Origin: Candidatus Aminicenantes bacterium
GTDB lineage: Bacteria > Acidobacteriota > Aminicenantia > Aminicenantales > UBA4085
DNA length: 64,000 bases
NCBI GenBank assembly: GCA_022866045.1
Contig: JALHTW010000049.1
Span: 11,041-75,040, forward strand
Reading direction: 5' to 3'
The notes below the pieces were generated by a model, which worked only from the letters and a program-made list of their open reading frames with translations, was not told the DNA's origin and searched no databases. A program made the position numbers and the translations under genes. Shown piece after piece: positions 30,319-39,540 of the stretch. Position 1 is the first letter of the stretch. Each line of letters opens with the position of its first letter.

Positions 30319-31257
30319 TCACTGAATGTTCATCCTATTCCAGGCAACGGTTCGTCGAAGCCCTTCTTCGAACTCAACGGACGGTGTGTAGCCCAAGAAT
30401 TGTCCGGCCATGGACACATCGGCCAGGGAATGCTTGACGTCGCCGATCCGGGTTTGGGCATGTCGGGGAGTAAGGGCCGTTCCCAAGATCCGGTTCAACT
30501 TATCCACCAATTCTAAAAGGGAATATCTCGCTCCGCAGGCAATATTGAACACGCGACCTGGCGCATGAATGGCCTTGATCGCCAGCAGGTTTGCTTCAAC
30601 GACGTTCGCGACATAAGTAAAATCCCGGGATTGGCTTCCATCGCCGAAAATCGTCGGCCTTTCGTTCTTGAGCATGGATTTAATGAACAGCGGGATGACC
30701 GCGGCGTATTGCGAATCCGGATTCTGCCGGGGGCCGAAGATGTTAAAATATCGGAGGCATACGGTCTCCAGCCCGTAGACGCTGTGAAAGACCCGGCAGT
30801 AATACTCGCCTGCCAGCTTGGAAACGGCGTACGGCGAATATGGATTGGGAGGTATCGTCTCTATTTTCGGCAGCGTCGGCGTATCGCCGTAAACGGAGGA
30901 GGACGAGGCATAAACGACTCTCTTCACCGAAGCGTCCTTAGAGCACATCAGCAGGTTGAGCGTTCCGGCGACGTTGGTCTCGTTTGATGAGACCGGGTCT
31001 TTCACCGAACGTGAAACAGAGGCCAAGGCGCCAAGATGCAGAACATAATCCACACCGTCCACGGCCTTTCGGACCATCGCCGGGTCTCGAAGATCCCCTT
31101 CCTGTAATTCGATAACGTTCATGAACGGCGCCAGGTTTTCCCTGCGCCCCGTCGAAAAGTTGTCAAGCACCCTTACTCGTTCGCCTTGCTTCAGCAGCTC
31201 CTCAACGATATTCGATCCGATGAAACCGGCTCCGCCCGTGACCAGATACAAAGCCAT
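30319..31257 (-). CDS. UDP-GlcNAc/UDP-GlcNAcA 4-epimerase (WbpP/TviC-like extended SDR)
   Basis: MALYLVTGGAGFIGSNIVEELLKQGERVRVLDNFSTGRRENL closely follows the WbpP/TviC N-terminus. YAVSK catalytic motif. Confidence 0.75.
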   Translation of the reverse strand: MALYLVTGGAGFIGSNIVEELLKQGERVRVLDNFSTGRRENLAPFMNVIELQEGDLRDPAMVRKAVDGVDYVLHLGALASVSRSVKDPVSSNETNVAGTLNLLMCSKDASVKRVVYASSSSVYGDTPTLPKIETIPPNPYSPYAVSKLAGEYYCRVFHSVYGLETVCLRYFNIFGPRQNPDSQYAAVIPLFIKSMLKNERPTIFGDGSQSRDFTYVANVVEANLLAIKAIHAPGRVFNIACGARYSLLELVDKLNRILGTALTPRHAQTRIGDVKHSLADVSMAGQFLGYTPSVEFEEGLRRTVAWNRMNIQ

Positions 31258-31519
31258 TTCGTCCTCCTCTTCAAAAGCGATCCTTAAGGAATTGATAAGG
31301 AATTACTTTTCTGCTGCGCTGGCTGAATGAGCATTCATGCGCCAATTTTGCCTCATCCCATAGTCAGGGATGATAAATCGCAGCGTGATCGGATGTCAAG
31401 TTGAGTAAAACCCAATTTTTCGGTTGATAATTCAGAAACAATGCAATTAAATCGTCAAGCCTTCTTTAAGGACGCCAAAACCAACTTGACTTTTTATCTC
31501 TAATTTTCCTTGACACGAA

Positions 31520-31548
31520 ATGTAAAATCGGCTAAATTTGTTGCGTGT
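31520..31548 (+). promoter_or_regulatory. candidate sigma70-type promoter for the precursor-peptide operon
   Basis: TTGACA (31520-31525) - 17 nt - TAAATT (31543-31548) in the AT-rich divergent intergenic region. (TA)n tract at ~31597-31606. RBS AAAGGAGGT 7 nt before ATG 31644. Confidence 0.3.
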
Positions 31549-31643
31549 CACTTCTTGGAAAATGGGAGGTTGGAGTCGCCTTAGGATGGCTAAATAGATA
31601 TATATATAAGAGATAGCTACATTTAGAAAAAGGAGGTATCCAA

Positions 31644-31952
31644 ATGTCAAAGTACGAAGCGCCAATCCTTGTCCCCTTAGGGGAGATCGCCAAAGGGTCT
31701 GGAGTCTGTTCAGTTGGAACTGCAGTTGTCGGCGGCAACTGGGGCGGAATCGGTACCTGTACTGTGGGTGCTTGTTTTGATGCCCTCTTTCCTGGAATAA
31801 CTGATTGTACGGCGGGTCCTAATGCAACACAGGATTGCTCGGCGGGTCCTACAGCAAATCGGGATTGCACGGCCGGCACTTGCGCACTCAGGGATTGCAC
31901 GGGCGGTACTGCTGCAACAGATGTGACTTGCTCGGCAGGCGGGGCTGTATAG
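31644..31952 (+). CDS. Cys/Gly-rich repetitive RiPP-like precursor peptide (102 aa, 9 Cys)
   Basis: Strong SD sequence; first gene of an operon with PqqD-like and rSAM/SPASM genes. C-terminal half consists of D-C-(T/S)-A-G-x-x-A-x-x decapeptide repeats. Confidence 0.6.
   Translation: MSKYEAPILVPLGEIAKGSGVCSVGTAVVGGNWGGIGTCTVGACFDALFPGITDCTAGPNATQDCSAGPTANRDCTAGTCALRDCTGGTAATDVTCSAGGAV
31797..31946 (+). repeat. 30-nt in-frame tandem repeats (4 full + 1 partial) inside the precursor ORF
   Basis: gattgtacggcgggtcctaatgcaacacag / gattgctcggcgggtcctacagcaaatcgg / gattgcacggccggcacttgcgcactcagg / gattgcacgggcggtactgctgcaacagat / gtgacttgctcggcaggcggggctgta. Confidence 0.85.
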
Positions 31953-32186
31953 GTACTTTATTATAGCAGATTGCACTGCCGGCAGCGGCATGTAAGAGAC
32001 CGCATGACGGCCTACCTGGCTCTTTAATGCTATTTCGGCGAGAATGATTTTTCCAAGCCGAAAGCAGCGTTAGGCTTGAGAGCGATATTTTCTGGAACAA
32101 TCGCTCAAGACCGAGGGGACTCATCTTTTTGGCGGGATGTCAAGCGGCGTTGTTGCCACGAATGAAATAAATGGAGGAAATGATCC

Positions 32187-32474
32187 ATGAATCAAACGGA
32201 CAGACCGATTGCCAATCCCATCGTTGTGCTCCGGGAGGAATTCGATGACTGGGCCGTACTCTTCAATCCCGATACGGCCGAAGCCGTGGGAACCAATCCC
32301 GTCGGTGTAGCGGTATGGAAACGGATGGACGGCAAGAGGAGCATCGAGGATATAGCGGCGGAGATCAAAAACAGCTTTGAAGACGCTCCGGACGCCGCCT
32401 TCAAAGAGATCGCCGCCTTCGTTAACAGGCTTGCTGAAAACGGTTTTGTGGGGCTGGAACTGGAGAGCAAATAG
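32187..32474 (+). CDS. PqqD-family peptide chaperone (RiPP recognition element)
   Basis: 95 aa with W-x-x-(L/M)DG-x-R-(S/T)-x-x-(D/E)-I core (VWKRMDGKRSIEDIAAEI) and C-terminal FVNRLAENGFV. GGAGG RBS. Confidence 0.75.
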   Translation: MNQTDRPIANPIVVLREEFDDWAVLFNPDTAEAVGTNPVGVAVWKRMDGKRSIEDIAAEIKNSFEDAPDAAFKEIAAFVNRLAENGFVGLELESK

Positions 32475-32477
32475 CGG

Positions 32478-33608
32478 ATGCCCGAGGAACTCAAGGACAA
32501 GACAGAACCAACGGTGTCAAAGGTTATGCGTACCCCGCGCAGCCTGATCATTGAAATCACCTCCCGCTGCAATCTGCGCTGCCGCTACTGCTACTTCTTC
32601 AACAACCCGGCGATGGTTTACCGGGATCTGCCTGCCAACGAATGGCTCACCTTCTTCGACGAACTGGGGTCGCTCGGCGTGATGAAAGTCACCCTGGCAG
32701 GCGGAGAGCCGTTTATCCGGGAGGACCTGCCCGTACTCCTTGAGGGTATTGTCCGCAACCGGATGCGCTTCTCTTTCCTGTCCAATGGCGGGCTGATCAA
32801 CGATGAAATCGCCGCTTTCATGGCCGGCACAGGCCGCTGTGAGTATGTTCAGGTGTCGGTGGATGGTTCGTGCGCAGAGGTCCACGACTCCTGTCGCGGG
32901 CAAGGCTCTTTTGACGGTGCGATACGCGGCATTCGCACCCTGCAGCGCCATCGGATTAGGGTGGCAGTGCGGGTCACGATTCATCGGAACAACGTGCATG
33001 ATTTGGAGAACATCGCTCACTTTCTTCTGGATGAGCTGGGCCTGCCGGATTTCGGCACTAACTCTGCAGGATACATGGGCACGTGCTGCGGGAACGCGGA
33101 TGATGTGCTGCTGAACATAGAGGAACGGAAGGAGGCCATGGCGACCTTGCTGCGCCTCACGGCGAAATACGATGGACGCATCTCGTCAAACGCCGGCCCA
33201 TTGACGGATGGGCGCATGTGGCGCCGGATGGAGGAGGCACGGGCACAGGGCAAGCCGGCCTTTCACAACGGTGGCCGCCTCACCGCGTGCGGCTGTCCGA
33301 ACAACAAGATCTCCGTGCGCGCCGATGGCGCAATCGTTCCCTGCAATATGTTAGCCCATGTCGAATTAGGGCGCATCAACCATGATTCTCTGGCAGAAAT
33401 ATGGCAAAACAGCCCGGCTCTGAACCAACTCCGCAACCGACATTCGATCCCGTTGACCGGGTTTGAGTTCTGCGCCGGTTGTTCATACATCCCTTATTGC
33501 ACAGGCAACTGTCCGGGATTGGGCTACACGTTAACAGGTATGGTTGACCATCCCAGTCCGGATGCTTGTTTGCGCCGCTTTCTCGAGGAAGGTGGGGCCA
33601 TCGCATGA
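32478..33608 (+). CDS. radical SAM / SPASM-domain peptide-modifying enzyme
   Basis: CNLRCRYCYF (CxxxCxxC) near the N-terminus, GGEP motif, and a C-terminal Cys-rich SPASM region (CGCPNN...PCN...CAGCSYIPYCTGNCPG). Confidence 0.85.
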   Translation: MPEELKDKTEPTVSKVMRTPRSLIIEITSRCNLRCRYCYFFNNPAMVYRDLPANEWLTFFDELGSLGVMKVTLAGGEPFIREDLPVLLEGIVRNRMRFSFLSNGGLINDEIAAFMAGTGRCEYVQVSVDGSCAEVHDSCRGQGSFDGAIRGIRTLQRHRIRVAVRVTIHRNNVHDLENIAHFLLDELGLPDFGTNSAGYMGTCCGNADDVLLNIEERKEAMATLLRLTAKYDGRISSNAGPLTDGRMWRRMEEARAQGKPAFHNGGRLTACGCPNNKISVRADGAIVPCNMLAHVELGRINHDSLAEIWQNSPALNQLRNRHSIPLTGFEFCAGCSYIPYCTGNCPGLGYTLTGMVDHPSPDACLRRFLEEGGAIA

Positions 33609-34765
33609 GCATTTTGAGCGATATGAAACAGCGGAAGACGGGACAGGCTGGAATGCGGACGATCAACACTTTGTATTTCTACTTGACCGAAGGGTGTAAC
33701 CTCGCCTGCCGCCATTGTTGGATGGGTCCCCGGTTCGACGCCACAGGCAACCATTATCCCACCCTGCCGGTTGAGTTGTTCGAGACGGCCATCCGTGAAG
33801 CCAAGCCTCTGGGGCTGAGTGGTGTCAAACTTACCGGCGGCGAGCCGTTGTTGCATCCCCACTTCACTCGTTTGCTGGAGATTGTCCGGCGTGAAGAGTT
33901 GAAGCTGACGATCGAGACCAACGGCCTGCTGTGCACGCCGGAGATCGCCGCTGAGATCGCCAAATCTCCCAACCGATTCGTATCCGTAAGTATCGACGGA
34001 ACTGATGCAGCGACCCACGAATGGGTGCGCGGTGTACCGGGAGCCTTTGAAGCGGCCCGCCAGGCGGTGCGCAGCCTTGTGGCCGCCGGCACCAGGCCGC
34101 AGATCATTTTCACGGTGATGCGCAGCAATGCCGGCCAGGTGGACGCCATGGTCCGAATGGCCGAAGAACAGGGTGCGGCCTCACTCAAGTTCAACGTGGT
34201 GCAGCCCACGGCACGAGGCGAGAAGTTGCATGAAAACCAGGAGACCCTGAACATCGGCGACCTCATCGAGTTGGGGCGGCACGTGGAACAGGAACTGGCG
34301 CCTAAGACCAAGTTGAAGATCTTCTTTCATTACCCACACGCTTTTAGAGCCCTCCATCGCATCGCCAGCGGGGATGGGTGCAGCGCCTGCGGGATCTTCG
34401 GCATCCTGGGCGTCATCGCCAGCGGACACTATGCCCTGTGCGGGATCGGCGAGCAGGTGCCGGATCTGATCTTTGGCGCGGTAGGGAAAGCCAGGCTGGA
34501 AGAGGTATGGCGAGAAAACGCCATCTTGAAGGCTCTCCGGGAGGGACTGCCCGAGCGACTGGAAGGGGTCTGCGGTCGGTGCCTGATGAAAGGGCGCTGC
34601 CTGGGCGCGTGCATTGCCCAGAACTACTACAGCAAGGGCAGCCTGTGGGCGCCATACTGGTTCTGTGAACAGGCGGAAGAAGCGGGTCTCTTTCCAACGT
34701 CACGTCTGGGAACAAGACCTACACAGTCTCCACTTATCACTATCGGCAATGCCGCTTCAGAATAG
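33605..34765 (+). CDS. radical SAM / SPASM-domain peptide-modifying enzyme (second copy)
   Basis: CNLACRHCWM, GGEPLLHP, and SPASM cysteines (CSACGIF...CG...CGRCLMKGRCLGACIA). ATGA overlap with the upstream rSAM. Confidence 0.85.
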   Translation: MSILSDMKQRKTGQAGMRTINTLYFYLTEGCNLACRHCWMGPRFDATGNHYPTLPVELFETAIREAKPLGLSGVKLTGGEPLLHPHFTRLLEIVRREELKLTIETNGLLCTPEIAAEIAKSPNRFVSVSIDGTDAATHEWVRGVPGAFEAARQAVRSLVAAGTRPQIIFTVMRSNAGQVDAMVRMAEEQGAASLKFNVVQPTARGEKLHENQETLNIGDLIELGRHVEQELAPKTKLKIFFHYPHAFRALHRIASGDGCSACGIFGILGVIASGHYALCGIGEQVPDLIFGAVGKARLEEVWRENAILKALREGLPERLEGVCGRCLMKGRCLGACIAQNYYSKGSLWAPYWFCEQAEEAGLFPTSRLGTRPTQSPLITIGNAASE

Positions 34766-36311
34766 TAACGGGAATGTCCCGGGGGCCATGTTCTTCGCTG
34801 CTTATGTCGGCCCGAGCATGAATCCGACTCTGCGCGAGCCGGAGATCATGGAGATCCTGCCTTATGACAAGAGGCCCTTGCGCGTTGGCGATGTGGCCTT
34901 TTTTCTGCCACCGGAGGCTGATCAGCCGGTCGTACACCGCATTATACGTGTGACCCCCGCAGGTATATCCACACTCGGTGACAACAACACCCAAGAGGAT
35001 ACTCTTCTCTTGCAGCCAAAGAGCATTAAAGGCCGGGTGGTGGCCGCCTGGCGTGGTCAAAAGCGGCGGAAGATCGCGGGCGGGTACCAGGGCCGGTTGA
35101 TAGGCCGCTGGCTTCATTGGCGACGCGTCCTTGACCGTGGCGTGTCTCCTCTGCTGCACCCCCTTTATCAAGCCCTATCTCACTGGGGATTGATCGCCTG
35201 GGTGTTGCCTGCTCCATTCCGGCCGCGAGTCGTCGTTTTCCAGGCCCAAGGTCGGGATCAGTTTCAGCTTCTGCTGGGACAGCGTATCATTGGGCGATAT
35301 GATGACCACAGGCATCAATGGCAGATCCAACGACCCTTTCACTTGTTTGTGGATGGAAGGGCGCTTCCAAGTAAACAGGATAGGGACCGAGTGAACCGGA
35401 AAGTTTTGACTGAACGGCGACGAACCATGAACCATCTACTGACGCAGGGAGTGCGGCATGACCTCGTCCTGGCTGATGGGAGTCATTGGGAAATTGCCGC
35501 CGAGGACAAGGAGGCCGCATCCATCGTTTCACAACTGGGATGCGCGATGCAGTTGCGCATGACACCAGGCGCAATCGAACCTTCTCATCACGGCAATCTG
35601 TGCCGACTGCTCGTCCAGGTTGACGCACAGACGTCCGTGGCGGATTGCTATGTCCCGTTGGCATCAGAAAATGACGGCGTCGTGGTCTGCATTCTAAGTC
35701 CATGCGATCACTGGGGCGGCCCGTTCGTCAATCTTATGAGATTATCGCTCGTCTTTGCTCGCGAAGCGCAGGCCCATGGAGGAGTCCTCATACACGGTGC
35801 GCTCTCTGAACGGGACGGCAGCGGTGTGATCCTGGCTGCGCCGGGCGGGGCGGGAAAGACCACGGCCAGCAATCGGCTTCCGGCCCCGTGGCGCTCGCTG
35901 TGCGACGATACCACGCTGGTGGTGCGGGACCCGCAAGGCAACTACTGGGCGCACCCCTGGCCCACCTGGAGCCGTTTCCTGGACGGGGGACCGGGCGGTA
36001 CGTGGGACGTGCAGAGCGCTGTGCCTCTCAAGGGCATCTTCTTCCTGGCCCAGGCGGTTGAAGATCGGGTGGAACGGGTAGGCCCCGGGCATGCGGTCAG
36101 CCTGCTCGGGGAGTGCGTAGGACAGGCCTCAATGTTCATGCCACTGGGCCTATTAAAAGAAGAACTCCGCGCCCTGCATCTGGAACGGTTCAATAACCTT
36201 TGCGCCTTGGCCCGGGTCGTACCCGCACACTTGCTTTACATCAGCCTGACCGGTACCTTCTGGCAAGAGATCGAGCAGGCGCTTGAGGGAGGACATTGTG
36301 AAGACACGTGA
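34749..36311 (+). CDS. fusion protein: N-terminal S26/S24-type (signal-peptidase-I-like) peptidase domain + C-terminal HprK-related P-loop kinase-like domain
   Basis: N-terminus VGPSMNPTLREPEIMEILPY...VGDVAFF...VVHRIIRV (SPase I box B GxSMxPTL). C-terminus GGVLIHGALSERDGSGVILAAPGGAGKTTASNRL resembles the HprK C-domain Walker A. Start at ATG 34749 is inferred. Confidence 0.55.
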   Translation: MPLQNSNGNVPGAMFFAAYVGPSMNPTLREPEIMEILPYDKRPLRVGDVAFFLPPEADQPVVHRIIRVTPAGISTLGDNNTQEDTLLLQPKSIKGRVVAAWRGQKRRKIAGGYQGRLIGRWLHWRRVLDRGVSPLLHPLYQALSHWGLIAWVLPAPFRPRVVVFQAQGRDQFQLLLGQRIIGRYDDHRHQWQIQRPFHLFVDGRALPSKQDRDRVNRKVLTERRRTMNHLLTQGVRHDLVLADGSHWEIAAEDKEAASIVSQLGCAMQLRMTPGAIEPSHHGNLCRLLVQVDAQTSVADCYVPLASENDGVVVCILSPCDHWGGPFVNLMRLSLVFAREAQAHGGVLIHGALSERDGSGVILAAPGGAGKTTASNRLPAPWRSLCDDTTLVVRDPQGNYWAHPWPTWSRFLDGGPGGTWDVQSAVPLKGIFFLAQAVEDRVERVGPGHAVSLLGECVGQASMFMPLGLLKEELRALHLERFNNLCALARVVPAHLLYISLTGTFWQEIEQALEGGHCEDT

Positions 36312-36393
36312 GACACGATCAGCAAGAATGAATCAGAATCAAAGCAGCAGAGCGCTGGATGATTACATTTAATTATGCAAGAGCAGGTTAATT

Positions 36394-38214
36394 ATGCAAG
36401 AGCAGGCTGAATCGATAAAACTGAAAATACAACGCGCCCTACAGCTTGGTCGCGCCGTGCGTTTTGTCTGGCAGAGCGCGAAAAGCTGGACAATAGCGAA
36501 CGGGGCTCTCATTGTGGTCCAAGGAATATTGCCGTTACTCCCGCTGTATCTCATGAAGCTCATGGTGGACGCCGTGACCGCGGGGCTGGCGGCTCCTGAC
36601 AAAGGGGCCGCTCTTAGACACGTGCTGTTGCTTGTTGGCTTTATGGGGGCAGCAACCCTGTTTGCCTTCTTGATCCGCCTGATAGCGGGACTGGTTAGCG
36701 AATGGCAGGGTTACATTGTCACGGATCACATGAACGACGTCCTCCTTGCCAAGTCCATTGAGGTAGATCTGGAGTATTACGAGAGTGCGCGATACTACGA
36801 CACCCTTCATCGCGCCCAACGCGAAGCCCCTTATCGCCCTATGAATATCGTTAATGGTTTGGCCCAGATTGGTCAGAACGGAATCTCGCTGCTGGCAATA
36901 GCAGGACTGCTCGTGTCATTTCATTGGCTCATCGCGGCAATCCTATTCACTGCCGTTATTTCCGGGACCGCAGTGCGATTAAGATATACCCGCAAGATGT
37001 ATCGCTGGCAACGTGAGCAGACATCCACGGAACGGCAAGCCGGCTACCTCAATTGGATTCTCACCGACAGCAGCCACGCCAAGGAAATCCGCCTGTTTGA
37101 CCTTGGACCTCTGTTCATGCGCCGGTTTCGCGATATCCGCCGGAAACTCCGCAAGGGAAGGCTGGCCATCACGCGCAGGCGTTATATCGCTGATTTTGCG
37201 GCTCAGACCTTTGCCACCGCGGCCATCTACGGTTCGTATGCTTATGTTGCTTCTCAGGCGGTGTGGGGGAAGATCACGTATGGTGATCTGGTGATGTATT
37301 ATCAGGCATTTCAGCGCGTCCAGGGATTTCTTCAGGGGATATTGGGCAGTCTGGCAGGACTGTATGCAGACAACCTGTTCCTTTCAAATCTCTACGAGTT
37401 TCTTGATCTGAAACGTACAGTCATCGAACCGGCTCATGCCAGCCCTGTGCCTCAGCCGATGCAACGCGGCATCGTGCTGGACCATGTGAGTTTTCAGTAT
37501 CCCACAGGCACCAGAAAGGTTTTTGAGGATATTTCCCTCACCATCCGGCCGGGAGAAGTGGTGGCTTTGGTGGGTGAGAATGGCTCGGGTAAGACGACTT
37601 TGATCAAGTTGTTGTGTCGATTGTACGATCCGACAGGTGGGACCATTACCATCGACGGGGTAGATCTGCGCCAGTTTGAAACAAAAGCGTTAAGACACGA
37701 AATCGCTATCATTTTTCAGGACTATGCCCACTACCATCTGACGGCCCGAGAGAACATCTGGTTTGGGAATACCGCCCTTCCGCCCGACCATGAACGTGTC
37801 ATCGCCGCTGCGCGCCGCTCGGGGGCTGACGACGTCATCAGCGCGTTGCCTCATGGCTATGATACGATTCTGGGAAAGTGGTTCGAGGACGGGGAGGAAC
37901 TAAGCATTGGCGAGTGGCAGAAAGTGGCCCTGGCCCGCGCCTTCATGCGCGATGCACAGATCATCGTCCTTGACGAACCGACAAGCTCTATGGACGCCAA
38001 GGCGGAATATGAGGTCTTCAAGAGTTTTCGCCAACTGGTGTCCGGTCGAACAGCCATCCTGATCAGTCATCGCTTTTCCACCGTCCGGATGGCCGACCGC
38101 ATTTATGTGCTGAAGCATGGAAGCATCATCGAAGGTGGCACCCACGAAGAGCTCCTTCGCGTGGGAGGAACCTATGCCCGGTTGTTCGAAATGCAAGCCC
38201 AGCATTACCGGTGA
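36394..38214 (+). CDS. ABC exporter, fused permease + ATPase (type I exporter, no peptidase domain)
   Basis: Six N-terminal TM helices. Walker A GENGSGKTTL, signature LSIGEWQKVALARA, Walker B IIVLDEPTSSMD. Confidence 0.9.
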   Translation: MQEQAESIKLKIQRALQLGRAVRFVWQSAKSWTIANGALIVVQGILPLLPLYLMKLMVDAVTAGLAAPDKGAALRHVLLLVGFMGAATLFAFLIRLIAGLVSEWQGYIVTDHMNDVLLAKSIEVDLEYYESARYYDTLHRAQREAPYRPMNIVNGLAQIGQNGISLLAIAGLLVSFHWLIAAILFTAVISGTAVRLRYTRKMYRWQREQTSTERQAGYLNWILTDSSHAKEIRLFDLGPLFMRRFRDIRRKLRKGRLAITRRRYIADFAAQTFATAAIYGSYAYVASQAVWGKITYGDLVMYYQAFQRVQGFLQGILGSLAGLYADNLFLSNLYEFLDLKRTVIEPAHASPVPQPMQRGIVLDHVSFQYPTGTRKVFEDISLTIRPGEVVALVGENGSGKTTLIKLLCRLYDPTGGTITIDGVDLRQFETKALRHEIAIIFQDYAHYHLTARENIWFGNTALPPDHERVIAAARRSGADDVISALPHGYDTILGKWFEDGEELSIGEWQKVALARAFMRDAQIIVLDEPTSSMDAKAEYEVFKSFRQLVSGRTAILISHRFSTVRMADRIYVLKHGSIIEGGTHEELLRVGGTYARLFEMQAQHYR

Positions 38215-38245
38215 AGGCTTGATGATCTCGGAGGCGTAAAAAAGT

Positions 38246-39526
38246 ATGCCAGATTTTTTTAAGGAACGCAGCGTGACCATGGATAAGCGGTATACCGGAG
38301 ACGGCAAAAATACTTTGAAGCGCATTCTTGACTTATCGTGGCGAATTTCTGTCTATGCGCCTCCAATGAAGCCATTTATCCGCTTCTCGAAGCACGCAGA
38401 TACACTATACAAGGGAAAAACAAACAGCTACAAACATTTCTTCTGGGATTTCGACGACGCTTTGCAGAGGGTTCTTTTAGGCATGGCCCGTACCATAGCA
38501 ACACCCTCGGAGATTGCTGAAGCGTGCATCGAACGATGGAAAATTAACCTTGAGAAGTTCTACCAAAGAAGGAAGAGACAATTGGAAGAGTTGCGAAAAA
38601 ATGGCGAGGTTCCCCAATTTCGATACACGCCGCGCAACGAGTTTATCTTCTCACGGGTTGAGCCTGGCAGCCGCTTGCTTTATGTAGGATGTGGCACTGG
38701 AACAGAATGCCTCGGCTTGGCGCAGAGAGGCTATGAGGTTATCGGAATTGATACGGACGAACAACTGATTGAGATTGCAAATGAGTGGGCGGAATATCTT
38801 AAGCTTCCTTTTCAGGCAGTTTGCATGGATGCTGACAACATCGGTTTTTCGCCAGGATCTTTTGATGGCTTTTTATTGGAATTTTATGGATTTCAGTCTT
38901 CCCTGGTTCAGGCGTTGGCTCTTCAAAGAGGCCTCGCAAGTGTACTGAATGACAATGGAAAAGGGTTTATCTCAGCACCCCGCAAAAAATATGCCTCTCT
39001 CTGGTACAGGATGCCGAATCTTGGGTATCCAGAATCCATGTTTCATTGGCTGACAAGCCAATGCCGATTGGACCACTACTTTTCACAGATGGATGCGTGT
39101 GAAGAGAAGCTCGCTTTTGGACTGTATATCCGGAGCCATACTGTAGACTCTCTGTCTCGCGAATTGGGTGGCGTTTTCGATGTGCAAGAATGTATGTATG
39201 AAAAATATGATCCGCGCTATCTGATAAGTGTGGTCAAAAGAAAGGGCCGTTTTTCGGATTCATCCCCGACCTCAGAGAATGACGATACCGAGGATTGGAC
39301 AAAGCAGGAATATCTGCAAAGGGAGGGGGTGTCCATTGAAGATGTCTTGTACGAGATTCACGCTATTTGCGATCTACTTGAATTACAGAAGGAGAGAGTC
39401 GAGCGGTTTTTCCTCAATGGTGATGTTTCTGGGGGAAAAAGCCCTCTATCCATGGTGGATACGGATCTTCCAAGGTTTATCGAGCTTCTCGAGCATACCT
39501 ACGGAATGCGGCCCTTCCGCTCTTAG
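38246..39526 (+). CDS. class I SAM-dependent methyltransferase with N-terminal accessory domain
   Basis: LLYVGCGTGTECLGLAQRGYEVIGIDTDEQLIEIA (motif I plus acidic loop). Lower GC than the rSAM genes. Confidence 0.65.
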   Translation: MPDFFKERSVTMDKRYTGDGKNTLKRILDLSWRISVYAPPMKPFIRFSKHADTLYKGKTNSYKHFFWDFDDALQRVLLGMARTIATPSEIAEACIERWKINLEKFYQRRKRQLEELRKNGEVPQFRYTPRNEFIFSRVEPGSRLLYVGCGTGTECLGLAQRGYEVIGIDTDEQLIEIANEWAEYLKLPFQAVCMDADNIGFSPGSFDGFLLEFYGFQSSLVQALALQRGLASVLNDNGKGFISAPRKKYASLWYRMPNLGYPESMFHWLTSQCRLDHYFSQMDACEEKLAFGLYIRSHTVDSLSRELGGVFDVQECMYEKYDPRYLISVVKRKGRFSDSSPTSENDDTEDWTKQEYLQREGVSIEDVLYEIHAICDLLELQKERVERFFLNGDVSGGKSPLSMVDTDLPRFIELLEHTYGMRPFRS

Positions 39527-39540
39527 GGGGGAATATAGAA

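Noticed and set aside
31797-31946. Tandem 30-nt repeats considered as a possible CRISPR array
   Set aside because: The repeats are contiguous without spacers, lie in frame inside an ORF, are imperfect at the nucleotide level but conserved at the peptide level, and no cas genes are nearby.
31532-31991. Antisense ORFs (31532..31900 -, 31710..31991 -) overlapping the precursor peptide gene
   Set aside because: They are products of the GC-rich repetitive coding sequence on the opposite strand. They have no RBS and no operon logic, and the plus-strand ORF has a near-perfect SD sequence and operon context.
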